Origin: a virus
Taxonomy: Duplodnaviria > Heunggongvirae > Uroviricota > Caudoviricetes
IMG/VR virus record: IMGVR_UViG_2698536369_000022
Direction: 5' to 3' (one strand)
DNA: 36,385 nt
Position 1 is the first letter of the stretch. Each line of letters opens with the position of its first letter. Shown here piece by piece: positions 34,156 to 36,385 of this stretch. Under the pieces are notes generated by a model that saw nothing but the letters and a program-made list of their open reading frames with translations, was not told the origin of the DNA and searched no databases. The translations under genes were made by a program, and so were the position numbers.

Positions 34156-34346
34156 ATAACAAACGCTATGAGCACCGCGCCAATAGTGGTCGGAAAAAGA
34201 CCTCTGGTATAGGCGGCGAGGTAATGAACGTTGAGAACAATAAAGCGCTCTTTTTGTCCTGTTAGCTTGTTAAGCAGATAAATCGCTATTACACCCACTT
34301 CCAGGTACACAAAGTTCAAAATGGCGCTGATGATGTTGCTGGTCAT
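34140..34346 (-). CDS. Small two-TM membrane protein (68 aa)
   Basis: Internal Met of track ORF 34140..34595; MTSNIISAILNFVYLEVGVIAIYLL...FPTTIGAVLIAFVIWLIG; the track ORF N-terminal part overlaps the Cox-like gene in another frame. Confidence 0.45.
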   Translation of the reverse strand: MTSNIISAILNFVYLEVGVIAIYLLNKLTGQKERFIVLNVHYLAAYTRGLFPTTIGAVLIAFVIWLIG

Positions 34347-34356
34347 TTTTGTGTGT

Positions 34357-34878
34357 TTAGTTGCCTTCGCTGCTTTTGAGTCGTTCCAGCTTTGAGCTTC
34401 TACCCATATAAACCCGTTTTCCGTTAACGGTCTGGCAGTCTTCTTTGTCGGCTGGAGAGAACTTTCTTTTCTGGCGGTCATACGTCCAGTAACTTTTCCA
34501 GTTGTGCCATTCTGGGGGCTCGTACTCTGGTAGCTCATCAGCCAACTTGTCCCACTCTTTGGCGTTAAACCACCATACTCCGTCTGAGTTTTCATCTTCT
34601 GGGTTTGTGCGCGTTTTGTGTCCCGGCATTTGACCGCGATGAATGGCTACGCGCAGTGCAGATTTTGTTAGGCCAATATATGCCGCACCTTTTTCCAGAG
34701 AGCAAAGCCCGGCGATCGGACCATCCAGCCGTAAAGTCGCTCCTTTTTTGTAGGAACGCTTTTTCTTGTTTTCTTCGTGTTCGTCGTCGTTGGCGGCATC
34801 AATGGATCCGCTGAGTGTGTCGCTTTCCTGAAGTGGTTGGTGGTCAGATAACTCTTTATCGGCAATGAAGTCCCGCAT
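34357..34878 (-). CDS. Cox/Apl-like excisionase-type HTH regulator, first gene of the early operon
   Basis: Divergent from the C repressor across a 103-bp gap; HTH ..GAAYIGLTKSALRVAIHRGQMPG.. followed by ..GVWWFNAKEWDKL.. resembles AlpA/Xis-type winged helices; longer (173 aa) than P2 Cox with an acidic N-terminal extension. Confidence 0.55.
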   Translation of the reverse strand: MRDFIADKELSDHQPLQESDTLSGSIDAANDDEHEENKKKRSYKKGATLRLDGPIAGLCSLEKGAAYIGLTKSALRVAIHRGQMPGHKTRTNPEDENSDGVWWFNAKEWDKLADELPEYEPPEWHNWKSYWTYDRQKRKFSPADKEDCQTVNGKRVYMGRSSKLERLKSSEGN

Positions 34879-34981
34879 TTGTTATCCTCTTGCGTTGGTG
34901 CGCTTGTTGCGCCTTGTGATGGTTTGTTTTGGTTTGTTTTCTTCACCCTGTGGTGAAGAGCGAAAAGAGGATACTCATCGT
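34879..34981. promoter_or_regulatory. Lysis-lysogeny switch region (divergent Pe/Pc-type promoters and operators)
   Basis: 103-bp gap between the Cox-like and C genes containing direct repeats GGTTTGTTTT x2 and palindrome TTCACC-CTGT-GGTGAA. Confidence 0.5.
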
Positions 34982-35323
34982 ATGGTGAACATGTCAAGAG
35001 ATTACGCCAAAAAACTAAAGGCGATCAGAAATGCGGAAAAACTTACACAATCTCAGTTTTCGCAAGTAACGGGGGTTTCTGTAGGGACTATAGGAAATTA
35101 TGAGTCTGGATATAAACCTGCGCGAATTGAGGTTGTAGAAAAAGTAATCCAGGTCGAGCGATTCGAAAAATACACTATGTGGATACTTCACGACAAAACA
35201 TTTCCCGCTGCCGGGCAGGTTGCTCCGGCTCTCTCTCTTGATGGCTCTATTCAGTCGGAGGGCGATCAGGTTTCAATCGGCATTACCCAAAAATCGCCCC
35301 GATCAGGCCGCAATGTTGGCTGA
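34982..35323 (+). CDS. C: Immunity repressor C (XRE-type HTH)
   Basis: ..LTQSQFSQVTGVSVGTIGNYESGYKP...RFEKYTMWILHDKTFPAAGQVAPALS resembles P2 C (..LSRQQLADLTGVPYGTLSYYESGRSTP...QFTKYTLWFMTNQIAPESGQIAPALA); start at the internal ATG after AAGAGGA; the track ORF N-terminal extension is unlikely. Confidence 0.8.
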   Translation: MVNMSRDYAKKLKAIRNAEKLTQSQFSQVTGVSVGTIGNYESGYKPARIEVVEKVIQVERFEKYTMWILHDKTFPAAGQVAPALSLDGSIQSEGDQVSIGITQKSPRSGRNVG

Positions 35324-35392
35324 CGCTACACATTGAGCGAATTACATCTCGCAAGGAGTGTTTAGTTAATTTATCCGTTGGAGGGGCTAATC

Positions 35393-36385
35393 ATGTCGAT
35401 TAAGCAACTCAAAGACGGACGTTATCAGGTTGATGTAAGGCCTCAGGGTGCGGAAGGAAAGCGGATTCGAAAAATCTTCACCCTGAAATCAAAGGCTCAG
35501 GAGTTTGAGAAGTATGTGTTACAGAACTTCCATGACAAGCCATGGCAGGCTAAGCCAGCTGATCAGCGGCGATTATCAGAGTTACTTGATGCGTGGTGGA
35601 TGCTTGACGGGCGTAATCAGGCTTACGGGGATAGCTACAGGGTCAGGTTAGGGAAGGTTATTCGTGAAATGGGGGATCCTCGTGCCAGTCAGATGACGCG
35701 AAAATTTATGCTCGAGTATCGGTCAGAGAAATTACAGGCCGGATTAATGCCGTCCAGTATTAATCGTGACTTATGCGTTCTGTCTACCATGTTCACGGTG
35801 CTGATTGAAGCTGAGGTCTTTCACAACGTGAACCCTGTGCGCGGTATACGCAAACTGAAAGTTCAGAACACGGAAATGGCCTTTCTTTCTGATGATGAGA
35901 TTGAACGGCTTCTTGAGCGACTGGAAGGGGATGCGCGTCGTGTTGCCATTCTGTGCCTTTCTACTGGTGCCCGATGGAGTGAAGCATCGGAACTACGTGG
36001 AGAACATATCGTTGGCAACCGGGTGACGTTTTTTAACACCAAAAACGGAAAATCCCGCTCGGTTCCTGTGGCGGATTCGGTCGTGCCTCTGATTAAAACC
36101 CGTCGAACGGGATTGTTGTATCAGGTTGATTATTTGAAGTTCCGGGAGATTCTTCAGGAGGTGAAACCGGATTTGCCGAAGGGGCAGGCTACGCATGTCA
36201 TGCGTCATACATTTGCCACGCACTTTATGATGAATGGCGGAAATATTGTTACGTTGCAACGAATCCTGGGGCACGCAACGATTCAGCAAACAATGACGTA
36301 CGCTCATTTTTCGCCGGACTTCTTACAGGACGCGATCAACTTTAATCCGCTGGCTGAAAGTGTCCATAAACTGTCCATCGATTAG
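35393..36385 (+). CDS. int: Tyrosine integrase (P2-type)
   Basis: GGAGGGG RBS then MSIKQLKDGRYQV..; C-terminal catalytic region ..HVMRHTFATHFMMNGGNIVTLQRILGHATIQQTMTYAHF with the R..H..R..Y signature; stop is the last codon of the window. Confidence 0.85.
   Translation: MSIKQLKDGRYQVDVRPQGAEGKRIRKIFTLKSKAQEFEKYVLQNFHDKPWQAKPADQRRLSELLDAWWMLDGRNQAYGDSYRVRLGKVIREMGDPRASQMTRKFMLEYRSEKLQAGLMPSSINRDLCVLSTMFTVLIEAEVFHNVNPVRGIRKLKVQNTEMAFLSDDEIERLLERLEGDARRVAILCLSTGARWSEASELRGEHIVGNRVTFFNTKNGKSRSVPVADSVVPLIKTRRTGLLYQVDYLKFREILQEVKPDLPKGQATHVMRHTFATHFMMNGGNIVTLQRILGHATIQQTMTYAHFSPDFLQDAINFNPLAESVHKLSID

Larger units (their letters stand above)
1406..36385. mobile_element. P2/186-like temperate myovirus prophage or phage genome, near complete (ogr through int)
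   Basis: Colinear set of recognisable P2-family genes (ogr, D, FI, FII, E, T, U, H, G, I, J, W, V, S, R, lysB/C, Y, X, L, M, N, O, P, Q, A, C, int) recognised by eye from the translations; assignment is from memory of P2/186 proteins. Confidence 0.85.

Noticed and set aside
1-36385. CRISPR arrays, tRNA or rRNA genes
   Set aside because: No regularly spaced direct repeats and no tRNA-like sequence recognised by eye, including at the putative prophage edge; a tRNAscan/CRISPR-finder run would be needed to be definitive.

Overview
The window is essentially one P2/186-like temperate myovirus genome or prophage, read by eye from the ORF translations (no database search was possible). From the left: a YafO-like toxin coupled to an unusual upstream gene (1-1019), then ogr and tail gene D (minus strand), a tail module FI-FII-E/E'-T-U (plus strand), a Hin/Gin-family DNA invertase with an invertible tail-fibre cassette, baseplate and tail-fibre genes H,G,I,J,W,V,S,R, a lysis cassette, head genes L,M,N,O (all minus strand), divergent terminase and portal genes P,Q (plus strand), an accessory island (orphan gene, two Ea22-like paralogues, ParR/ParM-like pair), replication gene A, an early operon of small genes interrupted by an oppositely oriented membrane-protein module, a Cox/Apl-like regulator, C repressor and a P2-type integrase that ends at the window edge. 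No rRNA, tRNA or CRISPR array was seen. Most notable: the FI-U tail block is inverted relative to canonical P2 gene order; a ParMR-like partition pair sits in an integrative phage; several orphan genes occupy hotspot-like positions. CDS coordinates follow the supplied ORF track (internal starts derived by codon counting); coordinates of non-ORF motifs were hand-counted and may be off by 1-2 nt.
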